A DNA stretch of 64,000 nucleotides from the NCBI GenBank assembly GCA_964637135.1, contig CAZWTX010000002.1, positions 1-64,000 on the forward strand, written 5' to 3'. A program made the position numbers and the translations under genes. Under the pieces are notes generated by a model, which was not told where the DNA came from, searched no databases, and saw nothing but the letters and a program-made list of their open reading frames with translations. Of the stretch, positions 41,588-51,260 are shown piece by piece. Position 1 is the first letter of the stretch. Every line of letters starts with the position of its first letter. The stretch is from an uncultured Methanospirillum sp. GTDB taxonomy: Archaea > Halobacteriota > Methanomicrobia > Methanomicrobiales > Methanospirillaceae.

Positions 41588-42603
41588 CAGTACGACCTCC
41601 TGCTCGAGAGGATGATCCATACGAAGAACGGAATACCGATGAGTGAAGTGAGAATCCCAATTGGAAAGACCAGGCTTGGGATGATCATCTTGCTCATGAC
41701 CGAAGCGACAGTGAGCAAAAGAGCACCGGTGATCATGGAGAGGGGAGCAAAGAAGCGTTGATCTTCTCCGACGGTCATCCGGGCAATGTGGGGAGCAACA
41801 AGGCCGATGAAACCGATCGTTCCGACAAAACTAACGGCTGCTGCAGTGAGAACAGAGACAAAGATGATGACCTGAAACCGCAGGTTTTTCACCCTGACGC
41901 CGAGACTCTCTGCTATCTCATCCCCCATCCGAAGTGCCGTAAGCCGCCAGATATTCCGGTAGAGAAACGGGATCGAGAGCACGGATACGACTGCGATGCA
42001 GATGACCGCTGTCCAGTTCCCTTTCTGAAGACTTCCAAACATCCAGAAGACGATTGCCTGGGTCTGTTCGGGAGAGGCGAAAAACTGGACGAGGGCCAGA
42101 AGCGAGCTGAACAGGAACATGATGGCGATCCCGGCGAGGATGATGGTCTCCGACGATCCCATCCGATGTTTTGCGACAAGGTAGAGCAGCATCCCGCTTA
42201 GCAATGAGAAGAAGAAGGCGACAACCGGGGCAACATACACGGACGGAACCGGAAGCAGGGTATCTCCCAGTACAATCACGACTGCTGCCCCAAAACCGGC
42301 AGCGGATGAGAGACCCAGCGTATAGGGACTTGCCAGGGGATTGTTCAGGATGGTCTGCATCTCTGCACCGGCCAGGCCAAGGACCGCTCCGACAAGCAGG
42401 GCGAGCAATGTTACCGGAAACCGGAAATTCCAGACGATCACCCGTTCATAATCACTCACCGATTCAGGTGAAAAAAGCGTTCCTGCTACCACGGCCGGAT
42501 TCAGTGCCGATGGACCGGTCAGGAGATCAAGGCAGGAACAGATGAAGAGCAGCAGGGCGGTGCCCAGGATGAGCGATGTCTTTCTGCATCCGACCAGACT
42601 CAT
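41584..42603 (-). CDS. FecCD/BtuC family permease
   Basis: MQTILNNPLASPYTLG, AESLGV and GFIGLVAPHIAR motifs. Confidence 0.95.
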   Translation of the reverse strand: MSLVGCRKTSLILGTALLLFICSCLDLLTGPSALNPAVVAGTLFSPESVSDYERVIVWNFRFPVTLLALLVGAVLGLAGAEMQTILNNPLASPYTLGLSSAAGFGAAVVIVLGDTLLPVPSVYVAPVVAFFFSLLSGMLLYLVAKHRMGSSETIILAGIAIMFLFSSLLALVQFFASPEQTQAIVFWMFGSLQKGNWTAVICIAVVSVLSIPFLYRNIWRLTALRMGDEIAESLGVRVKNLRFQVIIFVSVLTAAAVSFVGTIGFIGLVAPHIARMTVGEDQRFFAPLSMITGALLLTVASVMSKMIIPSLVFPIGILTSLIGIPFFVWIILSSRRSYW

Positions 42604-42659
42604 ATTATTATATCCCTGTCGATGCCCGAAGATCGTGCAAACATAAAAAAGGGGAAGGA

Positions 42660-43805
42660 TTACTCCTTGAGGCTCGTAAACCAGGTTCCACTGTACTCGT
42701 ACGGCATGTACTTCTCGTGGAACTCCTTTACCTCGCCTTCTGGATCAAATTCGTCAAACATACCCGGGTTGAGCCACTTTGCGAGGGCTTCAAGGGCCGC
42801 ATAGTTGTAAATCCGGAAGCAGAATCCATGGAACGGCCCATATACCTCGTTGTTCTTCACAGCGTCAAGGTTACTCCAGCCATCCCGTTTCGTATATGAT
42901 TCAAGTTCTTCCCGTGCCTGTGCAGGCTCTGAAAAGTACCCGAGGTGAAGAGATCCGGCGGCATCAGGCCAGTTTGCACCGCTGATCACGATCTTCTCCG
43001 GGTTCTGTGCAACCAGGAACTCTGGAGTGATGGTGCTCATATCAGCGGATTCTGCAATGTTCTGACCTCCGGCGGCATCAACGATGATTCCCCATCCGGC
43101 CTTTCCATAGGTGTTTCCATACTCTTTCGGTCCTTTCCATCCGCATTCGACATACACGGTCGGCTTATCGGTCTGTTCGGCGTTGATCTTGTCTTCGATG
43201 TAGTTTACCTTCTCCTCAAAGTAGCCAGCAATCTCGTTTGCCCGGTCCTCTTTTCCGAAGAGCTGCCCGAGGATTCTCATGGACTTCGGGGGATTTGCCA
43301 GGGGTTCCTTCCAGAAGTCGGTGAAGACCACCGGGATGCCGGCTGCTTCAAGTTTCTCAACATCACCCATGCAGCGATCCTTCTCCCAGTACGGGATAAT
43401 GACCACGTCTGGGTTGAACGATGCGGTTTTTTCTGCACTGAACGTCCCTTTCAGGAAAGATCCGATATCAGGGATATCGTCAACTTCCGGATAGGACTCT
43501 TTAATCTTCAGGTAGGTGTCCTTGTCAGAATCCACAAGGTCCGGACCCCATCCGACGATCTTTGAAAGGAACTGATCCCCCTCAATAGCGGCGATCTCAT
43601 GGATGTCCCGGGCACTGCCGAGAACGACCCGTTCAACCGGGACTTTTACGGTTACCGTCCGGTCGAGAAGATCGGTGATGGTTATCTCCTGCTTTTCGGT
43701 AGTGGTATTTTCTGCAGATACGGCAGTTCCCGCCAGAGCGAGAATTACAAGACAGAGAATGAGGATCGAACCACATCTCTTGATGTTTTCAGTAACGTGG
43801 ATCAT
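42660..43805 (-). CDS. Class III (BtuF/FhuD-like) substrate-binding protein 1
   Basis: Signal peptide; ITDLLDRTVTVKVPVERVV and LDAVKNNEVY motifs. Confidence 0.92.
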   Translation of the reverse strand: MIHVTENIKRCGSILILCLVILALAGTAVSAENTTTEKQEITITDLLDRTVTVKVPVERVVLGSARDIHEIAAIEGDQFLSKIVGWGPDLVDSDKDTYLKIKESYPEVDDIPDIGSFLKGTFSAEKTASFNPDVVIIPYWEKDRCMGDVEKLEAAGIPVVFTDFWKEPLANPPKSMRILGQLFGKEDRANEIAGYFEEKVNYIEDKINAEQTDKPTVYVECGWKGPKEYGNTYGKAGWGIIVDAAGGQNIAESADMSTITPEFLVAQNPEKIVISGANWPDAAGSLHLGYFSEPAQAREELESYTKRDGWSNLDAVKNNEVYGPFHGFCFRIYNYAALEALAKWLNPGMFDEFDPEGEVKEFHEKYMPYEYSGTWFTSLKE

Positions 43806-43935
43806 GGGTACACCCTTAACGTCCAATATATGTTTCGTTAAAAAATAGATATAATTGTTTAATCAACAGCAAAAAATATGAAAAATTTTACAATTGTATG
43901 AATTGTACGGCTCAAGCCGGGGACCCGTCGGATAG

Positions 43936-45222
43936 TTACCATCCCTCCGGAACTGGGTACACAAAGATGCTCTTCTCATACGCATCCGGACCAAGATCGA
44001 GGTATTCCTCAAGATATTTCTTGTGAATCGACGGAACATCCAGATCTCCAAATAACTCGGGATGATAGATCTTAGCCTGGTAGAGGGTTGCCAGCCAACT
44101 GCAGTGTGAGACGAGTCCCCATGGCATAGCATACACCTGATTGTCCTTCACGGCATCGATCGAATCAAATCCCGGTAAAACCTTAATCTCGTCAATAACC
44201 GCCTTTATCCGGGACGAATCGTCCTGACCATATCCGATAAGGGGCTGTGTATCCCGGGAGAGTACATCCTCGTATAGAATAACCTGGGGATTCTCCTTGA
44301 TGGGGAACTCAGGATCGAGTTCTATCCAACTGCCGGGTGTCTCTGAGGTGATATCATGTCCTCCGGCAAAATCGATCATGTGTGCAACATAGCAGGCTCC
44401 CCCGCTTGACTGGATCTTACCGTCAGAGTAGTCATACGTATAGAGCACTTCCGGACGATCTGTTTCTGAAAGAGTCGAGATTTTATCCTCTACCCCGGAG
44501 AGATAGCCCCCATAATACTGGATGTACTCCTCTGCTTTATCAGGAACACCCAGAAGATAGCCAAGAAGTTTTGATTCTGCCATTCCTGAAGCAAAATTGG
44601 TGTCGATATAATCGTTGGTTCCATACGAGGTGATGACAACCGGGATACCTACATCTTCGATCTTCTTGATGAGTTCATCCTTTGCTGCCAGGGTAACCAC
44701 AAAATCAGGATCAAGGTTTACAATCTCCTCTATGTCCGGTTCAGCCCGCTTTCCCACAGAAGGTTTTGCTGATATATCAGGAAAGAGAACGGTCCGTTTT
44801 GCAGTCTCATCATCGATAGCAATGATCTTATCGGCGGCACCCATCGCCTGAATAGGTTCTGCTATCGTTGGCCAGAGACAGATAATCTTCTGGATCGGAT
44901 ACGGGAGGGTGACAACGCGATCATTACTGTCCTGAATGATGATGCTTGATGCCGTATTGTCAATGAGGCTCTTAATCTGATCGAGATCCGCTTTGTTGAC
45001 AAAACCGTCATTGTTTGCATCGGCATAGGTTGTTTTATCGGCTTTTCCGGCGAGGATATCTTCAACGTAGGCAACATCGAGATTGTTGAGATCTTCATCC
45101 ATGTTCGCATTGCCGAAGATCTTCAGCGTATAATCAAGAGATGATGCTCCTGATGCCAGTGAAAAACTAGCCAGGATTAGAAGGGATAACAGGATCCCGG
45201 GAATTTTTTTGTGGGTATTCAT
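43936..45222 (-). CDS. Substrate-binding protein 2 with N-terminal dockerin-like domain
   Basis: GGTGA SD; GNANMDEDLNNLD...ADANNDGFVNKAD duplicated Ca-loop, then DSNDRVVTL...IDAVKDNQVY. Confidence 0.9.
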   Translation of the reverse strand: MNTHKKIPGILLSLLILASFSLASGASSLDYTLKIFGNANMDEDLNNLDVAYVEDILAGKADKTTYADANNDGFVNKADLDQIKSLIDNTASSIIIQDSNDRVVTLPYPIQKIICLWPTIAEPIQAMGAADKIIAIDDETAKRTVLFPDISAKPSVGKRAEPDIEEIVNLDPDFVVTLAAKDELIKKIEDVGIPVVITSYGTNDYIDTNFASGMAESKLLGYLLGVPDKAEEYIQYYGGYLSGVEDKISTLSETDRPEVLYTYDYSDGKIQSSGGACYVAHMIDFAGGHDITSETPGSWIELDPEFPIKENPQVILYEDVLSRDTQPLIGYGQDDSSRIKAVIDEIKVLPGFDSIDAVKDNQVYAMPWGLVSHCSWLATLYQAKIYHPELFGDLDVPSIHKKYLEEYLDLGPDAYEKSIFVYPVPEGW

Positions 45223-45421
45223 TTGTTCACCATACCTAAACCACCCCTGTGGTTTCAATGAATTGAAGTTAAATCTAAAAAACTGTTGCTGTTTGTTTTG
45301 TAACACTATTAGGATATTTTTTTGCAATTCATCATCCCGGCTTTACAAACACCCACCAGGTTCACATAATGCTTCAGATCCTGACAGATATCACAAAAAA
45401 ATCCAGGATAGTTCAAATATC

Positions 45422-46180
45422 CTACGGAACCCGTCCCCAGATGATCTGAACCTCGCAGTGGTCTCCTTCAGGATCACCGGCTGGAACAAGACCCTTCTGG
45501 TATCTCGAGATATCATCGCAGCGTCGTGACTGAACATCAGTCAGTCCGAGTGAACTGAAGAGGTTTTTTAGCGTTTCGACGGTCAGGTTCTCTTTGTAGG
45601 GGAGTACCTGGATCAGTTCGGGCGAATACATCTCTCTCCATAACCGCTCCCGCTCACTGAGTTTTTCATCATTCCGATCATCATAGGAGAAATAATTATG
45701 CGGCTGGGCATGGCCGTCAATTGCGACAATCACCCCGCCCGGTCTGCATATTCGGGCCCATTCACGGATTGCCTTATCGGGATGGGGAAGCGTCCAGAGG
45801 AGATGGCGGCAGATCACTGCGTCAAACGAATTGTCCGGAAAGTCGGGTTCTTCAGCATCTCCCTGGAGAAACGAGATGCACAGGCCTCTCTCTGCTGCTT
45901 TCGCTTCAGCCTTTTTCAACATCTCTTCCCCGAGATCGATCCCGGTTACTTCATGGCCGAGTTCGGCAAGGTTGATCGCAATCATGCCGGTCCCGGTACC
46001 CACATCCAGGATCTTCCCGGGTTTTGTACCGATGATACCACCCAGGTTTTCCTTCCAGAGCCGGCACTCGGTCTCATCAGCTCCATGGCCGATATCCAGG
46101 TCAAAAGACGAACTCCGCTCGTTCCAGTATTTCCGGACGTTTTCTTTCAGTTCGTGGCTTGATGCCGAGGGTTGGATCAT
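45422..46180 (-). CDS. Class I SAM methyltransferase, island copy 2
   Basis: RKYWN, LDVGTGTG, RHLLWTLP and EWARICRPGG motifs. Confidence 0.93.
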   Translation of the reverse strand: MIQPSASSHELKENVRKYWNERSSSFDLDIGHGADETECRLWKENLGGIIGTKPGKILDVGTGTGMIAINLAELGHEVTGIDLGEEMLKKAEAKAAERGLCISFLQGDAEEPDFPDNSFDAVICRHLLWTLPHPDKAIREWARICRPGGVIVAIDGHAQPHNYFSYDDRNDEKLSERERLWREMYSPELIQVLPYKENLTVETLKNLFSSLGLTDVQSRRCDDISRYQKGLVPAGDPEGDHCEVQIIWGRVP

Positions 46181-46530
46181 AATAATAAATTTGGGAGGAT
46201 ATGATATGATACTTTATCTCAAATTGGTATGCAAAAATATGTAATGGTAAAACCATAAATTGAGAGCTCCTTTTTCAATATCAATACAAATCACGATAAT
46301 AACGAGCATCGTTTAAAAAACCATCAGAACATGGGATATTTCCAGGATTCGTAACAATAAATGTAAAAACGTAATACACCATAACTATTTTAAGATGTGA
46401 CGACCCGGCAGACAAAGGTTATTGGCATCGATATTCTCTGTTTTCAACTCGATCTTGAAAACGGCAAGTATACGATGCACTTTGAGACCGCGTTACCCTG
46501 GTGGCATTCACAGACGGATCGGGAGGAGCA

Positions 46531-47343
46531 ATGAGCGAACATGATACATCAGATCGGACATCTGCGTTTAAGCAGGAGATATCGGCATGGTGGACGAAAG
46601 ACAGCGCCTATTACGATAATTATCCTGAACACGGACTTACCGCCCGTGAAGAAGGATTGTGGAAAGAATTCCTGAGCCGGGAAATAGGTCCGGAACAGAA
46701 GACCATTCTCGATGTCGGATGCGGAACCGGTTCTATCGCCCTCCTTCTTGCAGACCTCGGCCACTCGGTAACCGGGATCGATCTATCTGAAGGAATGCTC
46801 GCCGTTTGTCAAAGAAAGGCTGCAAAACGCGGTCTGGATTTGCAGGTACAGACCGGAGACGCCGAAGCCCTGCCGTTTCCGGACCAGAGGTTTGATCTGG
46901 TTACGAGCAGGTGGGTTCTCTGGACGCTGCTCCATCCTGATACTGCTATCCGTGAATGGACACGGGTGCTCCGGCCGGGAGGCAGGATCCTTGCCTTTGA
47001 TGTGAAAACGCATTCCCGGGGAAATGACACCGTGCCGGCAAAGATCAGGCAGTACATATCAAAGACCCTGATCTCCCTGCAGGATGGCAGGAAACTCACC
47101 AGTTATACGTACAAAAAAGAGATTGCAGATGCTCTCCCGCTCAGTCACCATCATCCTGATGCCTTCGATCGTCAGGTGAGCCTCTTTCGGGATGCCGGAC
47201 TTACCGGAATTGAAGTAATACCAGTCAGCCCGCTCTCGGTCATGGCCAGCGAAAAACTGGACAAACCCTGGCGATACCGGTTCGGATGGAAGGGGTACGG
47301 TGACTGGTACTGCCTTTCAGGGAGGAAAGGGGGTGGGAGATGA
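46531..47343 (+). CDS. Class I SAM methyltransferase, island copy 3
   Basis: GGAGG SD; LDVGCGTG, RWVLWTL and EWTRVLRPGG motifs. Confidence 0.93.
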   Translation: MSEHDTSDRTSAFKQEISAWWTKDSAYYDNYPEHGLTAREEGLWKEFLSREIGPEQKTILDVGCGTGSIALLLADLGHSVTGIDLSEGMLAVCQRKAAKRGLDLQVQTGDAEALPFPDQRFDLVTSRWVLWTLLHPDTAIREWTRVLRPGGRILAFDVKTHSRGNDTVPAKIRQYISKTLISLQDGRKLTSYTYKKEIADALPLSHHHPDAFDRQVSLFRDAGLTGIEVIPVSPLSVMASEKLDKPWRYRFGWKGYGDWYCLSGRKGGGR

Positions 47344-47739
47344 AAGCGTGCAGATCAGATGATATCATTATTGGAATCCCAGTTCACTCAAGCAAGAAGA
47401 GTCATGAAACAACCAGGGATCTTCCGGGGCAGACCGACGAGATTGACGTGTTATGACCTCCACTGAACAGATAAAAACGGCTCCAATGAACCCCGGGGAG
47501 CAAAAATGGTGGATGAAAAAAATGATCGGGATAAACGGATATCTCCCTGTCCCGTTCAAAGACTGGGTAAAAAAGCGGCAGTGACGAACATCACCATAAG
47601 GGAGAAAGACGGGCCTCGATTATTCACAAGACAGATTATCAGCCAACCCGGATTTATATCGAAAAAACGAAAATCAAAAGCAGTTACCTGCTGATATCCA
47701 AAAAATGATTAAAATTAATTGAAACAGGTGTTCGAAACA

Positions 47740-48477
47740 ATGAAACATGCAATAAACCAGTACTGGAATGCCGGTGCCACCCGGTATAACCAGGGAGTAA
47801 AGCGCTTTCTCCGATCTGATACCGGAACGGCAGGATACAAATCTCTCTATAAAGACTACCTGGGAAATAATCCCTTGAACATTCTTGATGTTGGTACCGG
47901 ACCCGGTTCGATCTCTATTCTGCTCGCAGGGATGGGTCATCATGTGACCGCGGTTGACCTCTCCGAACAGATGCTCGGTCATGCACGTAAAAATGCAGAA
48001 AATAACGGAGTAACCGTGGATTTTCGAATTGGTGATGCAGAAAACCTGCCGTTTGATGACAATACCTTTGATGCTGTGGTTAACCGATGGGTTCTCTGGA
48101 CAATTACGGATCCAAAAACAGCGTTACAAGAATGGCACCGGGTTTTAAAACCCGGGGGAAGAGTTTGTATCATCGATGGAAACTGGTATACCAAAAAAAG
48201 CCTTTTCCAGAAGACATGGCAACAGGGATCCCGGTTGTACATGTCAATTTCAGAGCGGAGAAATGCCTGGAAAGGAATAGATCCCGAGGTTATCAATACC
48301 CTCTGGTCAACCCATGCGAAACGGCCTGATGAGGATCGGAAACTATTCCGTGATACAGGTTTTTCTGATATCCAGGTTTCAATGGATGTGAATCAGCGGG
48401 TGTATTCAACCAGCGATTATCTCCGGATGGGATACTGGGGTCCCACCTTTCTTGTTACCGGTATTAAATCCCGGTAA
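47740..48477 (+). CDS. Class I SAM methyltransferase, island copy 4
   Basis: INQYWN, LDVGTGPG, RWVLWT, DGNWY and GYWGPTFLV motifs. Confidence 0.93.
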   Translation: MKHAINQYWNAGATRYNQGVKRFLRSDTGTAGYKSLYKDYLGNNPLNILDVGTGPGSISILLAGMGHHVTAVDLSEQMLGHARKNAENNGVTVDFRIGDAENLPFDDNTFDAVVNRWVLWTITDPKTALQEWHRVLKPGGRVCIIDGNWYTKKSLFQKTWQQGSRLYMSISERRNAWKGIDPEVINTLWSTHAKRPDEDRKLFRDTGFSDIQVSMDVNQRVYSTSDYLRMGYWGPTFLVTGIKSR

Positions 48478-48531
48478 TTTCACCCATTTCCCGGATGGGA
48501 TGATGGAGAGTCCAAAACCATAAAAAAAAGG

Positions 48532-49776
48532 TTATCCGGATTGTGGATACTGAAATACCCCGTTGCTGTCGAGATCATAATCGATATGCTGCCAGTTCGT
48601 GAGGTATTCATTCTGGATCTGTTTTACGTCCATATCTGCAAAGAGTTCCGGATATAACATTTTTGCAAGTTTCACCAGACCAAGATGGTACCCTGGTCCA
48701 AGTAGATCAATATACGTGGTGATAAACACCTGATCATTCTTCACTGCATCCATTGAACTAAACCCGGGTTTTGCGATGATCTCGTCATATCGCTTCTTAA
48801 GGGTGTTGATATCGTTTGTCTCGTATCCCCCTTCCCAGCAAAGACCGATGATGACATCCGGATTCTGTTCGACAACCCATTCAGAGTCAATTTCGGGAAG
48901 TTGTGTACCAGTATCCTTCGCCACATCCTTCGCAATGTTGATGCCACCGATGAATTCAATAGCTTCAGAATATCCGCTCCCTTTTGCTACCGTGGTATCT
49001 CCGGGACGATCAACAAATACCCGTTTTCGTTTCTCTTCAGGAATCGTTGCAACCCGGGTTTTTATCTCGTTCAGTATCTTATCCTGGTAGGAGATGTAAT
49101 TCTTAGCGTTTTCGGTCTCATCAAGAATGTAGCTCAGCGTCATTAATGCCGGGACTGCCGTATGTGACTCCCACATCCTGAGCTGGATGAAATCAATCCC
49201 ATTTGATTCAATCTTTTCACCAAATTCTGATGAAAGACCTAACTCCGGCATTATTACCGCCTCAGGACTGATATCAAAAACAGCCTCCGTATTCATGTCT
49301 TTCCGGTTTCCGATGGAGGGAAGTTTACTGAATTCAGGGAAATACGTCGGCAGGGCTACGATCATATTATCCGTCCCGATTATTTTATCGCTTGCTCCCA
49401 GAATCCGGATAATCTCGCCGGCATTATCATAGATAACAATGGCAGAGTTTACCGGGTGACGGGCAGAAGCTACTTTATCATGAGCGTCCAGGTAAAATAT
49501 TTCATTCTCGGTCCCTTTGATAATCTGTTCTACCTGATCAATATCTGACTGGTCAATTTTCCCGTCATTATTTGCATCAGCAAGTCGCGTTTTTGTTTCG
49601 GTGCCACCGATGATCTTCTGGAGATAGTCAACATCACGGTCGTCAACGAACTGATCCAGATTTGCATTGCCCATAATCCCAACAACAATCGGATCACCAA
49701 TGACTACTTCTTCTGCCTGTACTGAAGAAAATAATACTGATACCACAAGTAAAATAAAAAATAATCCTTTTTTCAC
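48532..49776 (-). CDS. Substrate-binding protein 3 with N-terminal dockerin-like domain
   Basis: GTG start after GGTGA; GNANLDQFVDDRD...ADANNDGKIDQSD and MDAVKNDQVF motifs. Confidence 0.9.
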   Translation of the reverse strand: MKKGLFFILLVVSVLFSSVQAEEVVIGDPIVVGIMGNANLDQFVDDRDVDYLQKIIGGTETKTRLADANNDGKIDQSDIDQVEQIIKGTENEIFYLDAHDKVASARHPVNSAIVIYDNAGEIIRILGASDKIIGTDNMIVALPTYFPEFSKLPSIGNRKDMNTEAVFDISPEAVIMPELGLSSEFGEKIESNGIDFIQLRMWESHTAVPALMTLSYILDETENAKNYISYQDKILNEIKTRVATIPEEKRKRVFVDRPGDTTVAKGSGYSEAIEFIGGINIAKDVAKDTGTQLPEIDSEWVVEQNPDVIIGLCWEGGYETNDINTLKKRYDEIIAKPGFSSMDAVKNDQVFITTYIDLLGPGYHLGLVKLAKMLYPELFADMDVKQIQNEYLTNWQHIDYDLDSNGVFQYPQSG

Positions 49777-49873
49777 GTACTCACCCGTTAAGCAGATCTT
49801 ATCTGCAAAAACATATTAGTATACAATCATAAAAATTCTTACAATTTTGTTATTTGTTCATTAGCATAAGTTA

Positions 49874-50980
49874 ATGATTAACATGAAAGAACTACTAACC
49901 TTGACAACCGTGAACGACTCCTCATTATCCACCACGAATGCCAGGGATCAATACATCAAAACTCTGATGAAACGGAGTTACTTTATCGCCGGCTCACTGA
50001 TCATCATCATCATACTCATCGGTTACGCATCCGTTCTTGGGACCGCAAATCTAAGCATTGTTGAAGTTTACCAGATTATTTTAGCAAAATTTATCCCGGG
50101 GATAGAGACTGGAGGCGGACTGAAAGATGCAATCATCTGGGATATACGCCTCCCCCGAATAACGATGGCAATCATTGCCGGTGCAGCACTTGCCCTCACC
50201 GGGGCGGTCATGCAGGGAGTGTTACAAAATCCTCTTGCTGAACCGTTTACCTTGGGGATTTCTTCTGCGGCGGCAAGTGGAGCTGCAATTGCAATTGTTA
50301 CCGGTGCAGGTTTCATTGGGGGAAATTATCTCATAATTGGAAACGCGTTTATCTTTGCGATGATTGCCACCATTGTTGTTTATATGCTGGCACAGTTTCG
50401 CGGAATGACACCCGAATCGATGATTCTGGCAGGAATTGCCATCATGTTTTTTCTGAACGCAATCACATCGATAGCCCAGTATATTGGGACACCTGATCAG
50501 GTTGAAGCGGTCGTATTCTGGATGATGGGCAACCTGGGAAAATCCACCTGGAGCGTTATTGGAACGACAACATTACTGTTTATTCTTATCAGTCCGGTTC
50601 TGGTCTACAAAGCGAATGACATCAATATAATTGGATCAGGTGACGAGACAGCTAAAAGTCTTGGAATACATGTTGAAAGAACCAGGATTCTCTGCATGAT
50701 TTTATCCGGCCTGATAACTGCAACATTTACCTCATTTATCGGAATAATAGGTTTTGTGGGACTTATTGCCCCGCATGTCACCAGGATGATCATCGGGGGG
50801 GATAACCGGTACGTTATTCCCGGCTCTGCCCTGGTGGGATCAATCATCCTGCTCGGAGCCGATACGGTGGGGAGAACAATTGCTTCGCCGGTGATCCTCC
50901 CGGTAGGAGTGATGACAGCAGTTCTCGGGGTTCCGTTTTTCCTTTTCCTCTTTTTAAAGGGGAAAAAAAGAATGTGGTAA
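49874..50980 (+). CDS. FecCD/BtuC family permease
   Basis: IRLPRI, QGVLQNPLAEPFTLGISS and GFVGLIAPHVTR motifs. Confidence 0.95.
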   Translation: MINMKELLTLTTVNDSSLSTTNARDQYIKTLMKRSYFIAGSLIIIIILIGYASVLGTANLSIVEVYQIILAKFIPGIETGGGLKDAIIWDIRLPRITMAIIAGAALALTGAVMQGVLQNPLAEPFTLGISSAAASGAAIAIVTGAGFIGGNYLIIGNAFIFAMIATIVVYMLAQFRGMTPESMILAGIAIMFFLNAITSIAQYIGTPDQVEAVVFWMMGNLGKSTWSVIGTTTLLFILISPVLVYKANDINIIGSGDETAKSLGIHVERTRILCMILSGLITATFTSFIGIIGFVGLIAPHVTRMIIGGDNRYVIPGSALVGSIILLGADTVGRTIASPVILPVGVMTAVLGVPFFLFLFLKGKKRMW

Positions 50981-51260
50981 GAATCAAAGGATTTTTTTGA
51001 AAAAAATCATCATTTCTCCTGGAATCCTGGTCAAATGACCGGTTACCGGTGATTCGTCATTAATCAGATATAAATCAGCAGAATTGCAACCACGGAATAT
51101 TCGTATCGTGATTGTATCCTGATTTTCCTCAAACCAGCATTTTCAGGTTTCGGCAAAAAAGCGTTGAACGGAATGCTATTTGAATATTCAATTCGTATCC
51201 TGCATGAATATCCATTCAATCTCATCCGTACCTGCACGGTATGAAAAAAGAGAACTGATA

